64,000 nt of DNA from Phoronis australis (taxonomy: Eukaryota; Animalia; Phoronida): positions 1,506,714 to 1,570,713 of the forward strand of contig NMRA01000019.1 of NCBI GenBank assembly GCA_002633005.1, written 5' to 3'. This document shows, piece by piece, positions 52,436 to 64,000 of the stretch. The notes beneath the pieces were generated by a model, which was given only the letters and a program-made list of their open reading frames with translations, was not told the origin of the DNA and searched no databases. Within the stretch, counting starts at the first letter, position 1; each line of letters starts with the position of its first letter. Both the position numbers and the translations under genes were made by a program.

Positions 52436-53056
52436 CAGGCCAAGATAAGGATCCTCTCCACTTCTTATCAATTTTTTTTAAATTATCTTCTCTGCAGCAG
52501 CTTGAGCAGCGCCTTTGCCTTGGTGTTAACACTTGAGGTCACGCTGTGCTCAAAGGACCGAAGAAGGGTGTCAATTTCTTGATAATGCAGGGATGCGTAC
52601 TGCAGTCACCATAGCTACTAAGTGTGTCTGGAATGCACAGTCTGGCGAAGTGATGTTCCGACTTGTTGACAACAGTGCTCGAGTAATATCTGAACTGTCA
52701 CTAATGCTAGCTATCGGTAGCTCCCTTAGTTTACATCATAGGCGTTTCAAGCGGAGGATAGCCAGTTAAAGGGGAGGGTCATTGCTCCTCTCGGATTCAG
52801 GCGATTAGAAATTTTAGGGCAAAGCAAGAACAACATTCGGGGAGCCAAGAATCCAGAACAGGCGATCAGGCGCGGATTGGTGGCAAACGAGGGGTGTAGG
52901 GTTCTCCTACCATGCCTACTTAATTAGGGTAAAACTACATTTATGGGGTGCCCCGGTATCATTGGCGAAGAAAGACATTAGCGGGAAAAGCTAGTGTAAT
53001 CATCACCATTGCGCAGCCGGTACTATGGTGGGTTTCAACCTCAAAATGCCGCACTG

Positions 53057-53318
53057 AATAGGATGTGCCCAGTAGCGTCCAAAGGCCTTGAGAAATAGGA
53101 TGTGCCCAGTAGCCCCCTAAGGCCTTGTGAAATAGGATGTGCCCAGTAGCGCCCGAAGGCCTTGAGAAATAGGATGTGTCCAGTAGCGCCCGAAGGCCTT
53201 GAGAAATAGGATGTGCCCTGTAGCCCATGAAGGCCTTGTGAAATAGGATGTGCCCAGTAGCGCCCGAAGGCCTTGCGAAATAGGATGTGTCCAGCAGCCC
53301 CCGAAGGCCTTGTGAAAT
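53057..53318. repeat. 37-bp minisatellite x7
   Basis: aataggatgtgcccagtagcgcccgaaggccttgaga units at 53057, 53094, 53131, 53168, 53205, 53242 and 53279; no spacers. Confidence 0.95.
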
Positions 53319-54329
53319 CCTGAGCTTCATTTGTTAGTGCATTTTGGAACTATAATCCAAACATTTTATAGACTGATGTTGTTAATGAAGTCGTAGGCAA
53401 TATGGCTACATTATTTTAAAATAAACACACTTAGATATCAGCTATATTTGGCATTAGGAAACACTTGTTTTTCCAAAAACAAACATTACGCTTACACGAG
53501 ATTTTGATAAATTTCATAATTTTAAATATCAGGTCTTTAGTACTTTCTTTGTTAGTAGTGTTTTAGAAATTTGCATAACGCCAATCTAACATTGATCAAG
53601 AGTTGGCGAACTGAGAGCATTTTTAAGTCAGTCAAGAAAATTAAAGTGAATCCAGACATTTCAAGATTAAAACCAGTCTTACGTTTGTTACCTTATCATA
53701 GTGATTTTGACCACTCGAGCAAAAACATATCAACTGGATTCATTGCATTGCTGTTTTGATTTTGTTTTAAGGAAGGTTTTTTCTAAAATTAAAAGTGTCT
53801 GCATTGTGGCTATTAAATGAAAAAGTACGTCGTCCCTACTGTAACTAGAACCGGCATTAGGCAAATCTTGACTAACAGGATTTGCACGCGAGTAGACCAA
53901 AAAGTGAGCGATAGTCCTTATGGTCTTGACTTAACGAGTTGGATGAGATAAATGCGGTCGTAAACCCACACGCGTATTTAGCGTACGAGTTCCAAAGTCA
54001 GAAAACAAATAATAAGTAAGACAAACGACCAAAATGAGTGTTTTTAAAATTTAAAAATAACAGTATCCATTTTTGAATTTCTAAAATCGAGGCATTATGA
54101 AAGAAATTAGAGAATAGAATTTCTAAGCCAAGGGCATTAATTTGTGAATCTATTAAGACTGGTTAGTCACTCTCTGGCTTAGACTCACGTAGACGTTGGG
54201 GTAACAATGATTCCACGTGTTAGCGTAGGAGCTGTCTCATGGGTTAGAAAACAACAGCAAGGTTTTTCAAAAAAATGTTTGTTGATGCTTGTAATGTTTT
54301 CAACGGATTTCAACATAACTGAAAAGCTT

Positions 54330-55330
54330 AAGAATTCTCCGAGTACAAGTTTCATTATATTCATCAATCAGTGCGACCTACTGTAGTTGCACACAATATG
54401 TCAGTGAGCTTTTGCGCTCGACGGAAGACGCTGCAAATTGTGGCACCACATCTTTGGAACTAATTGGCATATTCTGGGTTCAAAACATCTGCTTTTTACC
54501 CAAATGTACAACATATAATGCGCTGACTTTTCAAATATTACATGCTTGAAGACGTATATACTCGTACTGGAAAAATAAAGTTGTCCGCCCCTAGGATGAA
54601 ACTGTAAGGCCCACGCGGGACTGTCAGACCAACTAAGCGCGGGCCATCAATTTAGACAGTCTTTCGGTTTGTAAATGGAACATCATGAATCGTTTTGTCT
54701 TCGAAATTGCAATACTCTCGGCTTTCAAAACACCTGTTTGGCTGCTTATGAAATTGACACAAGTCTGAAGAAATTTTAAAGACCGGCCGGGTGAACATGC
54801 TCTCCAGAGAGCGACCAGCTGAAGGCCTGGGTTCACTGAAAACCTTAAAAAAATCAATCGATTCGCTTTTATTCAAGCGCTGTGTTATTTGATGGATTGT
54901 CTCAAAGTATAAAATATCAAACTCGTCTGTTTCTCCGGCTTCCAACGCAATATACAACAGCGGAATGGAGCCGGAGGACTGGTATTGGGCAGATTATATA
55001 TGTCAGTTTCTGAGCCCCACGCTTAATTCAGGTGATTTATTGTTACCAATTTCACCAATTATTTGGGTCGACAAACATGTAGGTTAAGACGATCTCATAG
55101 CTTCAGCCTGGAGTTCGGGCACTGCCATACACAGACATTAATTAAAGTTTATCTGTTCTATCCAACATGACTGGAGGCAGCGACGCTAACTCACATGTAA
55201 GCCTGTAATAAATCTGACTGGAAAGAAATTGTTCGACAGATGTCGCTTTAGATGTCCCTAACTGCGCTGTTACCCTGGCACACAAAACCAAGCGGGAAAA
55301 ATAAGTTGGAATTTGAGCAACCATCCAGGC
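54330..55330 (-). pseudogene. Possible heavily eroded hAT-type transposase remnant
   Basis: Fragments MLDRTDKL, ILYFETIHQITQRLN and VVPQFAASSVERK loosely resemble hAT C-terminal motifs in the right order; many stops. Confidence 0.3.
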
Positions 55331-56819
55331 CTAGAATGAACGACAAACATCGGCAGGTAATCCATAATGTCTCACATGAAACTCGACTGTCGTGGACTTC
55401 GACGGTTGTTTTCTGTCACTTCGCTTGACTTGTTGAAATCAATGAAGAATTTCTAGACGTAGTAGTCATGTATACTCGGGAACCCAATTGGCAATGGTCG
55501 TCCGCCTAAGGCCCTAAGGCTAAGCATAAAACCGGCTTGTTGTCGTACTCACCCAATTATTCCACTTCAAAGTTATGCTCTGAATAGGATTTGATTTAAC
55601 TCTCACAAATATATAGTATTCGTTGATTCAAACGTTTTCTTTTACTTATGCGGTGTTGTTCAACTGTGCATTGCTTTTCGACAGCCATTTTATATTTTTA
55701 TAATGACTCCCAGCCATGTCGTCATATGCTGCCGCCTTTTGAAAGAACAGAAAACCACACAGAAAAAAGCCAAGAAAATAGTGGAAAGTGGTTTACAGCA
55801 ATTCTACTTCAACCACAAACTGTTTTACTAGCATGATATTGATTTTTATATCGCTTTAAATTGATTTAGAATTTCAGATCTGGAAAATAAATCGCAATTG
55901 TTTTATTCCAGATAGACCTTACTTATTTTCTGTTTGTGACCTCTTTATTTGACTTTTTGCTCTTGTTGTTCTTAACACTACTTATCTCTGCTGTCCTTCT
56001 TTTTCTTTTCGGGTTTTCTTCATTCTCTGTTAGCATCTTGTCAGCCAAAACCGAACTGTAACCCTTTGAGACTTGGTCGGCACAAGTTGATCATTGAACC
56101 TCGATACAATTGTTCTAATAAATTAGCCATAATCATATTGTTTGATTTTTTTCTCGTCTTTAACAGGCTTCTGCAATCTTAAATAAACAAATAAATACCC
56201 AAGTTGCACTTGAATTTTATTGCTCAATCTCTTCTTTTATTTTTGGTTAGTCATGCTGTGTTGTATGTAACAATGCAATATAGTGAAATAAAGTCAATGT
56301 TTTACTTTATTGGTGGCCATTCTCTATCAATTCAAGTATTTTAATTTTCTTCAAATAAATTCCAAATGCTCTAACCAAAAATTTCAACATGAATGTTGAG
56401 CTCAGTACTTCGTTTTGCAATAAAAAAACAAGTGGACAATATTTTGATGACCAATGCGTGAGCCGAAACTGTTAAGCACCCAGCGTGTTGCATTTGTCTC
56501 CTGCGTTTTTCCTTTGGCCTAACAGGTGTCAGTTAGTGCCTGGGACAATTAGATACATTGCATAAACAATCCCTGAGTTGCTTTTTGTTCCGTCCGAAGA
56601 AAATTTAATTTCGAAAATATCTTCTGAGAATGAACAAAAATGTGCATTAGTAAAATCTACAAGTTTTAAAATGGTCTCAAAAAAACAGCCGGTATATGCA
56701 TTAACTTTAGTCTTAGTTCTTCCATGCGTGTTTCTCCTGAGAGGTTAGTACCTAACGTGCAGACGAGCACTCCTATTGGAATGCTAAGTTCCGCGTGGCT
56801 GCGCTGCATGCGAAAGAAG

Positions 56820-56853
56820 ATGGCGGACGACCTTTGGAGCCTGACGACGATAG
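56820..56853 (+). CDS. Candidate first exon of HAUS1 (MADDLWSLTTI-); splice phase unresolved
   Basis: CpG-rich patch, ATTGG at ~56775, aagATGGCGG start context (YY1-type motif), donor AG|GTatcc at 56854. It ends in phase 1 whereas the next HAUS1 exon needs phase 0. Confidence 0.35.
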
Positions 56854-58278
56854 GTATCCGCACTATACTGTAGTAATAGCCGAGTTCGGAGTAGGAAAAT
56901 TACATCGCCCTGGAAGCCGCAGGCATACAGGGGCGATAATACATCTCGTGGTAATTGTTTACAATATGAAAACATTGACAAACACACATGATTTTGGTAT
57001 CGTTTGATTCCTTGCAACGTTATCTTTCCAAAAATGTATGAATGTTTCCCCTACCGCGTATGGTCCGTATTTTATCCTCGAATTTCGGTTCGCACTATTT
57101 CCTGGTTGACACCACCATGTTAGCTCAACTCAAGATTACAGCATCACCTGTTGTTAAAGAATGAAACAGCATCATCGACTCTTAATGGTGTTTGCCCGCA
57201 CCGAGATTCCCATTTAAGTTTTCCTGACACAATATGGAGTACAAGTAGCAGCATTTCACCTTTTCTATTTTTTTCTAATTGTGACCATTTGACCATTTTC
57301 CACGAAATTGTCGAAAGTGATACCCTTTTCACCAATTTGGACCTCAAAAACAACCTTCGCTTTTTTTCGCAGATTCTTGCTTGCAGATGCGTACCAGGGT
57401 CGCCATAGGATCAAATTCAAACCCTTGGAACCGTAACTGGGGCAGGGGATAGGCGGGTCTCGGTCAGTATGAACTTCTGAAAAGTGACGATCTGCAGAAG
57501 TCGCGGAAGATTAGTTCAGATTTTGACTGCCAGGGGACTCCTTCTATTCATGAAGCACCTATAGGAGCTAAGCCGTCCTACTGGTGGTGCCAGTAGGATG
57601 GTAGTCACTGTCTGTATTTGGGTCTGTTTCATGCAACTGGACACTTGGGCCGACTTTGTGTTATGCAGTTATGGCTTTATGGGCAACATGTAGCCCCTCG
57701 GCTGGCTGTCTCAGGGCTACAGTACTTACCATCACTTTCAGTACACTAATTGTAAGAGAGTTTTAGGCAAAAGCTGCTGACTGAATAAGAGGTTTTCACA
57801 TCCCTGGTTCTTCAAAAATACATTATTATTACATTCAACATTATCATGTTTATGTCCTTCAGCTATCCATTCTTTCTCTTCACATATCTTCCACGAAGCA
57901 TAACTTCAGGAATTATGATGACTTTGGGGAAGAATTCCAACTCTAATTTTTTAGTCGCTGTTAACTTTTCCACTGCGTGCTATAGCCACAAAGCGTACGT
58001 TAAGCATGAACTAGAGCAAGACTTAGTGAAGCATGTGACCTGGCGTTTTACACTTGTAAAAAATAGCATGGCAAGATATCTGTTGGAATTTGTAAGATTT
58101 TGTATCCCTTGGACTTTTTGTTCGTGAACTGAAACTGGCACCTGGGACAGATTTTCATGGAACCGATGTGTTCAGTGATCAATGAAGCATTGCTTAAGGT
58201 GTCACATGTGCTCTTTGCACTAAACTCTAAGCTGCTCAATTTAAGCAGGAACTGTACTGTGTCCCTTTTCTGTCTTAG

Positions 58279-58453
58279 GTTCGTGAGTGGCTCTCCACCT
58301 TATTTGTGGATGGCAAACAGCCACAGTATGAGATTGGAGAGAGACCTTTGGAGATCTTAGACCTGTTGAAGTGCCGTTGTGATCAGCGGGAGAAGGACAC
58401 ACGACATATCATTGAAGACTTGAAGCGCAAGACTGAAGAGTACAGGGTAGAAG
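58279..58453 (+). CDS. HAUS1: HAUS augmin-like complex subunit 1, internal exon (VREWLSTLFVDGKQPQYEIGERPLEIL...IIEDLKRKTEEYRVE)
   Basis: Matches remembered human HAUS1 VAAWLKKIFGDHPIPQYEVNPRTTEIL...VIEDLKQKASEYESE. Acceptor cttttctgtcttAG, donor AAG|GTtcag; 175 nt, phase 0-1. Confidence 0.9.
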
Positions 58454-59059
58454 GTTCAGTAGTTAAATTGATTTTTGCACAAATTAGTTTCAAAAAAAAT
58501 ATTTCCCTACCCTCACAAAAATGTTGTCAAATATAGTCAGTATCTTAACTGTTTGAGATAGTTTTATTATAGTCTCAAGAATGGCTCAAGGGATTTTAGT
58601 TAATCTTATAATGTTTTTGATACAAAGGTATCGACACTAGATTTGGTTTTCAAGAAAAAAAATGTTTATCTGTTAAAACAACTTGAAGAGTTTCGCTGCA
58701 ACTTCCTAGTAGGGAAAGACACAACAACCACTGGATAGAAGGACATGCTCTTCTATAACCTTAATTTGGGAACAGTCACGTGATAAGGTGATGTAAATGC
58801 ACATATTTCACCAAAGTTGTGCCATTGATATTTGTATGCTTTCACAGATTTGTTTGAGGAACAGTTCTTGCTAAACCGTGAATTCCTTTTTCTGTCAAAA
58901 ACATGCCACGTGATCATTGGTGAATGGTATGGAAAAATGTTTGATTTCAATAGCTATGACCATTTCATGTTTGAAACATTAAAATCTGGTATTTTTCTAA
59001 TCTCGGCGGAAGGAATAAAATTATCATTTTCATGCGCTCACAATGTGCATAATGTGACA

Positions 59060-59680
59060 TTATGCATGTGGTCACATACTGTCAACCCTTTTGTCCGGAT
59101 GTCTGTGTATCCACTCGATATCTCAAAACCCCCTTGTTGTATTTTGATGAAATCTAGCGCAGGGGTGTTGGGCATTGCAAGATTTGTTCACGTCACTTTT
59201 CAATCTGTCCAACTTCTGGGTCAGGGGCCCTGGCATTGTCTGTGTTTTTGGGGGAATAGCGTTTCTGGATGATATCTAGACAAGGGATTGATGGATTTCC
59301 ATCGAACTTGACACAAAGGTGTGTTATATCAATGCGCTGGTATGAATAAATTCTGGGACAGATTCGACCATTGTAGCTTCTCTTAGTGGCAATTTTGTTC
59401 TTGGCTAGGTGCTTTTCAATAGTTGTTTTTGAGTAAAGAGCATTTCCGGATGATATTTAGAGAAGCGATGGGTGTACTACTATGAAACTTGACTCAGAAA
59501 AATGTTAGGAATATGCGGCATCACCTTTTCAGATTCGACTACTGCAGTGCCTCCTATTGGCTATTTTGTATGAGAGCGTTTCCGAGTGGTATCTACTGAA
59601 GGGATTGACGGATTTCAATGAAATGTGGCACAAAGATGTGTGATATCAATGTGCCGGCACCAATAAATTTTGACCATGGG
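59060..59680 (+). mobile_element. Non-autonomous element with internal tandem core repeats (Helentron/HINE- or pearl-like) in a HAUS1 intron
   Basis: gc(g/a)ttt(c)cgga.gatatctag..aagggattga.ggattt..atgaaa core at 59259, 59440 and 59576, preceded by a short gtccg/gtct simple-repeat remnant. Confidence 0.55.
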
Positions 59681-62600
59681 AGCACCTCCCAACATTTCAG
59701 GGCTTGCATTTGAATTTCTCATAGCTTTCTATTTTTTTCCTCAACAGATCTATTTTCGGAGGTCACTTGACCCTAAAAAATTACCCTGATCTTTTTGTGT
59801 CTTGCTAATTATTGTCATAAATAAGCTAATAATAAGTATTTTGCTATATTATCAACTACGTGCAATCACACGAAGCCTAAACGTTCTAAAAATATTGTTT
59901 GACCAGTAGTGCAATGTCGACCTCTTGGGGTCAAAGGCCATCTCCTGGATATCATGGTGCCGTACATCTTTCACTAAAAAGTGCTAAAAATTTCGTCACA
60001 TCAAAGTTTTCAATAAATATTAAAGTAACTTCAGATGGTCTTTTAATTTGTTTCTCAATACTATTGACCAATGTTTTAGATCCTAGGGATTATTCGTTAA
60101 GTCAGTAATCACGTGACATACAAACTGAAAATCTATATGTCCTTCACGTATGTCTGTCACACACATGAAATTACAAGTTTTCAGCGGATTGTTCGAACCT
60201 CCCCTCGACATCAACATCCCACGACCCCCTCAAACCCAAACCCTCACTACCCACGACCCCCTCAACCCACAACCTTATTGACCCACTCTACACAAGCTCG
60301 ACTCGATCTGATCATGGAACAAGTGCTGACTTGCAGGACCAACGAGTTGGGCCATAAGCTCAACTGGCTTTTCTCCATTTTTTGCAATAAAGCGAGTCGA
60401 TTCCACAAGTTTGAAAGCCAAAAACAAAACAAAACAAAAACAGAGCGACCAAATCAAATAAAAATCTACCAACATTAAAAATGCTGTTACTGGCAGTGTA
60501 ATCGTCTCGTTTGCTCTTCAATGAATTGCAGTGTATTCGTCTTGTCTGCTCTTCAGTGAATGGCAGATTCAAGTTTTTTTGGTTGAAAGGGCGAGGAACT
60601 GACAAATATTTAGTTTCTTCAGTAAATACAATTTGAAAAAACAAACTGTTAACTAACAAGTATCCCAACGTTACATGGACTATATTGTAAACAAATATAC
60701 AACAGAAAGCAAATAATAAAAATGTGAAATTATATCTGTATTCACGGTTAAAGTACTCTCTCCCTAAGTTTAATAGAACTGGGCCATTGTTAGCTGGTTG
60801 TGGTAATGATAGTATGCTCACAATTTGCTAGGTCATGTTATTATAATAAGTAATGTTCTTTTTTATCCACCAGTCTTCAGCCAGAGCAGATTCACGCGTA
60901 GAAAAGTCTCGTGGGAAAGTCATTCAGCGACAAAATATGATTGTGAAATGTGTAAAAAGGGGCGAGGGGTTTTTAGAACAATCCGTTTTCAGCCTGTAAG
61001 AATAACCTTTGGTCTTATTTTTACTTTCCAAACTTGCAGAAGATGGAGTTTATCTCCCACCCTAGAACCTAAAAAGATTAAATTACAAAGACAGTCATAA
61101 AACCATGTTGTAGCTCCTGGTTTAAACTAGATGCACTGTACTTTTCATTTTTTAAAGTTTTATTTGCTTTCTGGTTTCTTCTACTTGTTCTCAGGAGAGT
61201 TCAACTTGCTAAAATTCGACAGTTGGACCACATCATAGAATATAATTAAACAAAATGTTAATATAATAAACATAATGTTTTTGTGTTAGTGCCCTATGTT
61301 TGTAAAAAAATTCCGAAAACTCAAAAAAATACCATCATGGATCATGAAATTCATAATTGAATCTGTCTGAACCATAATGTGAGTGACCTTAATTTAATGC
61401 CGTTTTTGAAATTGAAAAGAGGACAGTATGTAAAAGCTAAGTGAAAAACTAAATCAAACTGACCACTAAGGACCAACACTTTATAATTTTAGTAGCTCCA
61501 CATATTAATCGGTAAAAATCCTAATTTTTTGTAATTCAATGTCTGCCTTAACACACCAACACAGCGCCGCCTTTTTCGATCAAAATTCGAATGCTACAAG
61601 ACGATGATGTCAGCTAAACCATGCGCAACTACTTGTTTGCGCATAGTTTGTTATAAGAAGATACTTAAAACCGCACCTTTATTGTGAACATGAGCAGGCA
61701 TCAAAAGTATCGGCGACATGTGCAAGACAAGTGTGTATAAGCTTAGGCAAGTCCTGTTATAAAAGATGAATAATTAAAATGCATTTTTATTACAATGATG
61801 TTTAGTAATGTTTAAAAGAGTTCCCCTCATGACCCTGTGTCTCAAAAGGAATTTTATTAATTCTTCTTAGGAGATTTAATAAGCCCACAGAAAACTGCCC
61901 TTTTCAGACATAAAACGGTGTGTTTGTGGAGGCTGTATCAACAGCAACTTGACACTTTTGACAGAGTACGTGTCTGTGTTCAAATTTCTTAAAAACGTGA
62001 AAGTTGCTCAGAAATGGCGTCGGTTCGTGCACAGTACGAGAGTATGGAATGTCAGTGTGGAAGATGCGATTCTGATCGGCTGTGTTCCGCCTTTACAACT
62101 GATTGTCAAGTGACCAAATGTGATGCTTGGAAGAATGCAATGAGAGCAAACCTTCAGTAAATGCATAATTTCCCTCAAATGTCGGAGACTGTGACAAAAA
62201 TTGTTAAACCTTTTTTGTTTATGTTTTGTTACTGCATACTTTCTCATGTTTGTAACAGTCAAGAGCGAGTTACTAAACTGAATCCATGCATTATTAGTCT
62301 GTCCAAGAACAGCAAAATCCAAAATCATCAACACGTACATGTGGAATGGAATTGTCAACTGAGGTAATGCATGTAATCTGAATTGGTTGTCAAAGCTAGG
62401 CTACACGGTTTCGAACTTAAGTACTGACTGCAGTTGTGATTTATCTGATGACTCCCAGTGAACTGTTGTTAATTTGGTTGGAGTCAACAAGATCCTTGGG
62501 TGGATAAGTATTAGTGATGTGTACTGTTCATAAACCTGTCATCTAAAAAATAGAAGAATCCATCACTGACCTGAGGCATCCAAATGCTGAGAATGTTTAT

Positions 62601-62887
62601 TATTTTTCACTAAGTATTACAAATGGTGCATAGCCCACCCTCATTTGCATCTGGTTCGTCTGTCAATTTTTCTCACTCGTGTAATCAATAATGTGAAAAG
62701 TTCATATTTTTTAGACTGGTTTCAGTGCGACAGTATACCAGTTTGAGTCGTTTAGTGTATTTGAGTTAAAATTTACTTGTACCTGGAAACGAGGCATGCT
62801 AAATGTGGAATTTCCTGAATTGGTTTAGTGAAATTTGAAAAAACTTGTGCCATGGTTTATTTATTTCTCACCTTTTCTCTTGTCCAG

Positions 62888-63020
62888 CTTTCAGATTGCG
62901 AGGTATTCTTAACCAACTGGGATTGCTTCCCTCTAGTCTGTCTCAGTCTGGTGCTGTCAGCTTGCGAACACTGTCAAACTTAGCTCTTCAACTTGACATC
63001 AGAAACACCTCGGAAACAAG
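62888..63020 (+). CDS. HAUS1: HAUS augmin-like complex subunit 1, next exon (AFRLRGILNQLGLLPSSLSQSGAVSLRTLSNLALQLDIRNTSET); gene continues beyond the window
   Basis: Aligns with human AKYLQDLLMESVNFSPANLSSTGSRYLNALVDSAVALETKDTSLAS. Acceptor tttttctcttgtccAG, donor AAG|GTagga; 133 nt, phase 1-2. Confidence 0.88.
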
Positions 63021-63044
63021 GTAGGACGTGATCACTTATATAAA

Positions 63045-63740
63045 AATGCTATATCACATGTACTCGTGCTGTATCACGTGTACTCGTGCTGTATCACGTG
63101 TACTCGTGTGATATCACCTTAGCTCGTGCTATAACGCTTGTCCTCGTGCTATATTGCGTGTGCTCGTGCTATATCGCGTGTGCTCGTGCTGTATCGCTTG
63201 TCCTTGTGCTATATCGCGTGTGGTCCTGCTATATCGCGTGTGCTCGTGCTATATCGCTTGTTCTTGTAGTATGTCGCGTGTGCTTGTGCTATATCGCTTA
63301 TGCTCGTTCTATATGGCGTGTGCTCGTGCTATATTGTGTGTGCTCGTGCTATATTGTGTGTGCTCGTGCGATATTGTGTGGGCTCGAGCTATATTAAGTT
63401 TGCTCATGCAATATCTCGTGTGCTCGTGTGATATCTTGTGTGCTTGTGCTATACCGTGTGTGCTCATGCTATATCGCGTTTGCTCATGCGATATCGTGTG
63501 AGCTTGTGCGATATCGTGTGAGCTTGTGCGATATCGTGTGTGCTCGTGCGATATTTCGTGTGCTCGTGCGATATATCATGTGCTCGTACCATATCTTGTG
63601 TGCCTGTGCCATATCGCGAGTGCTCGTGCTATGTTACGTATGTTTGTGCTATATCGCATGTACAAATTCTATATCACTTACTATTATGCTATATATCGTG
63701 CTCTCATGCTTTATCTTGTGCATTCGCGCTATATTGCATG
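63045..63740. repeat. 20-bp minisatellite (~34 degenerate copies) in a HAUS1 intron
   Basis: tgctcgtgctatatcgcgtg unit in register every 20 nt; source of the Cys/Val-rich ORFs at 63086-63757. Confidence 0.95.
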
Positions 63741-64000
63741 ATCTAACACTGACATGATATGCATTTAGACCTGCTCATTAGAAAAGCAAAAGGATTCTAT
63801 TTCTTGTCATGTTCATTCTTTAGTTTTAAAATAACATTTCTGCTATTCCGTTTGAGTGTAAGTTAATTTTACTGCACTATTCACAAGGGTTTCATTTGAA
63901 CCCAATCCGTCATTTCTGAGATCTGATTAAATTTGCAGCATAAGTTACCTGCCTCTTTATGTTTTAACACATTGCAGTTATCTCCTGGGGATGCGCAAGC

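Larger units (their letters stand above)
51443..52735 (-). mobile_element. Internally deleted Ty3/Gypsy LTR retrotransposon (integrase remnant between LTRs)
   Basis: Minus-strand peptides HFARLCIPDTL, SGEDPYLGLLSVRNTPTEHL, IFGREAKSNLPTT and DKRNRDLPQLKPGD match Gypsy integrase core/C-terminal motifs. PPT plus 3' LTR present; partial 5' LTR at 52684-52735 shares gagctaccgatag.tagc.ttagt. Confidence 0.8.

Noticed and set aside
52173-53318. 37-38-bp repeats as CRISPR arrays
   Set aside because: The units are head-to-tail with no unique spacers, there are no cas genes, and the context is eukaryotic.
62014-62367. Cys-rich short frame MASVRAQYESMECQCGRCDSDRLC... in the HAUS1 intron
   Set aside because: It stops after 48 codons and has no recognisable domain or splice support; at most a transposon scrap.
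63086-63757. Cys-rich ORFs resembling metallothionein or keratin-associated proteins
   Set aside because: Products of a 20-bp minisatellite inside a HAUS1 intron.

Overview
AT-rich, intron-rich, repeat-littered eukaryotic DNA, most consistent with a marine invertebrate (organism not determinable from sequence alone). There is a 273-N gap at 34635-34907. Almost all ORF-track entries are noise. Two real genes can be rebuilt by splicing. (1) A three-coding-exon secreted cystine-knot growth factor of the neurotrophin/spaetzle type (26697-26732 + 36581-36672 + 38118-38679, 229 aa: signal peptide, prodomain, RFKR furin site, 122-aa mature domain with 7 Cys including an unusual N-terminal CC). (2) The 5' part of HAUS1/augmin subunit 1 (exons 58279-58453 and 62888-63020; first exon unresolved), which runs off the window. 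The growth-factor gene's 9.8-kb intron holds a decayed Academ transposon and two THAP-fragment MITEs. Elsewhere are foldback, Kolobok-like and ISL2EU-like MITEs, tRNA-derived SINE heads, a collapsed Gypsy element whose integrase codons seeded a 38-bp minisatellite, other mini/microsatellites and an unidentified decayed ~295-codon frame. No CRISPR, rRNA or intact tRNA was seen. All homology calls are by eye from remembered motifs; no searches were run.
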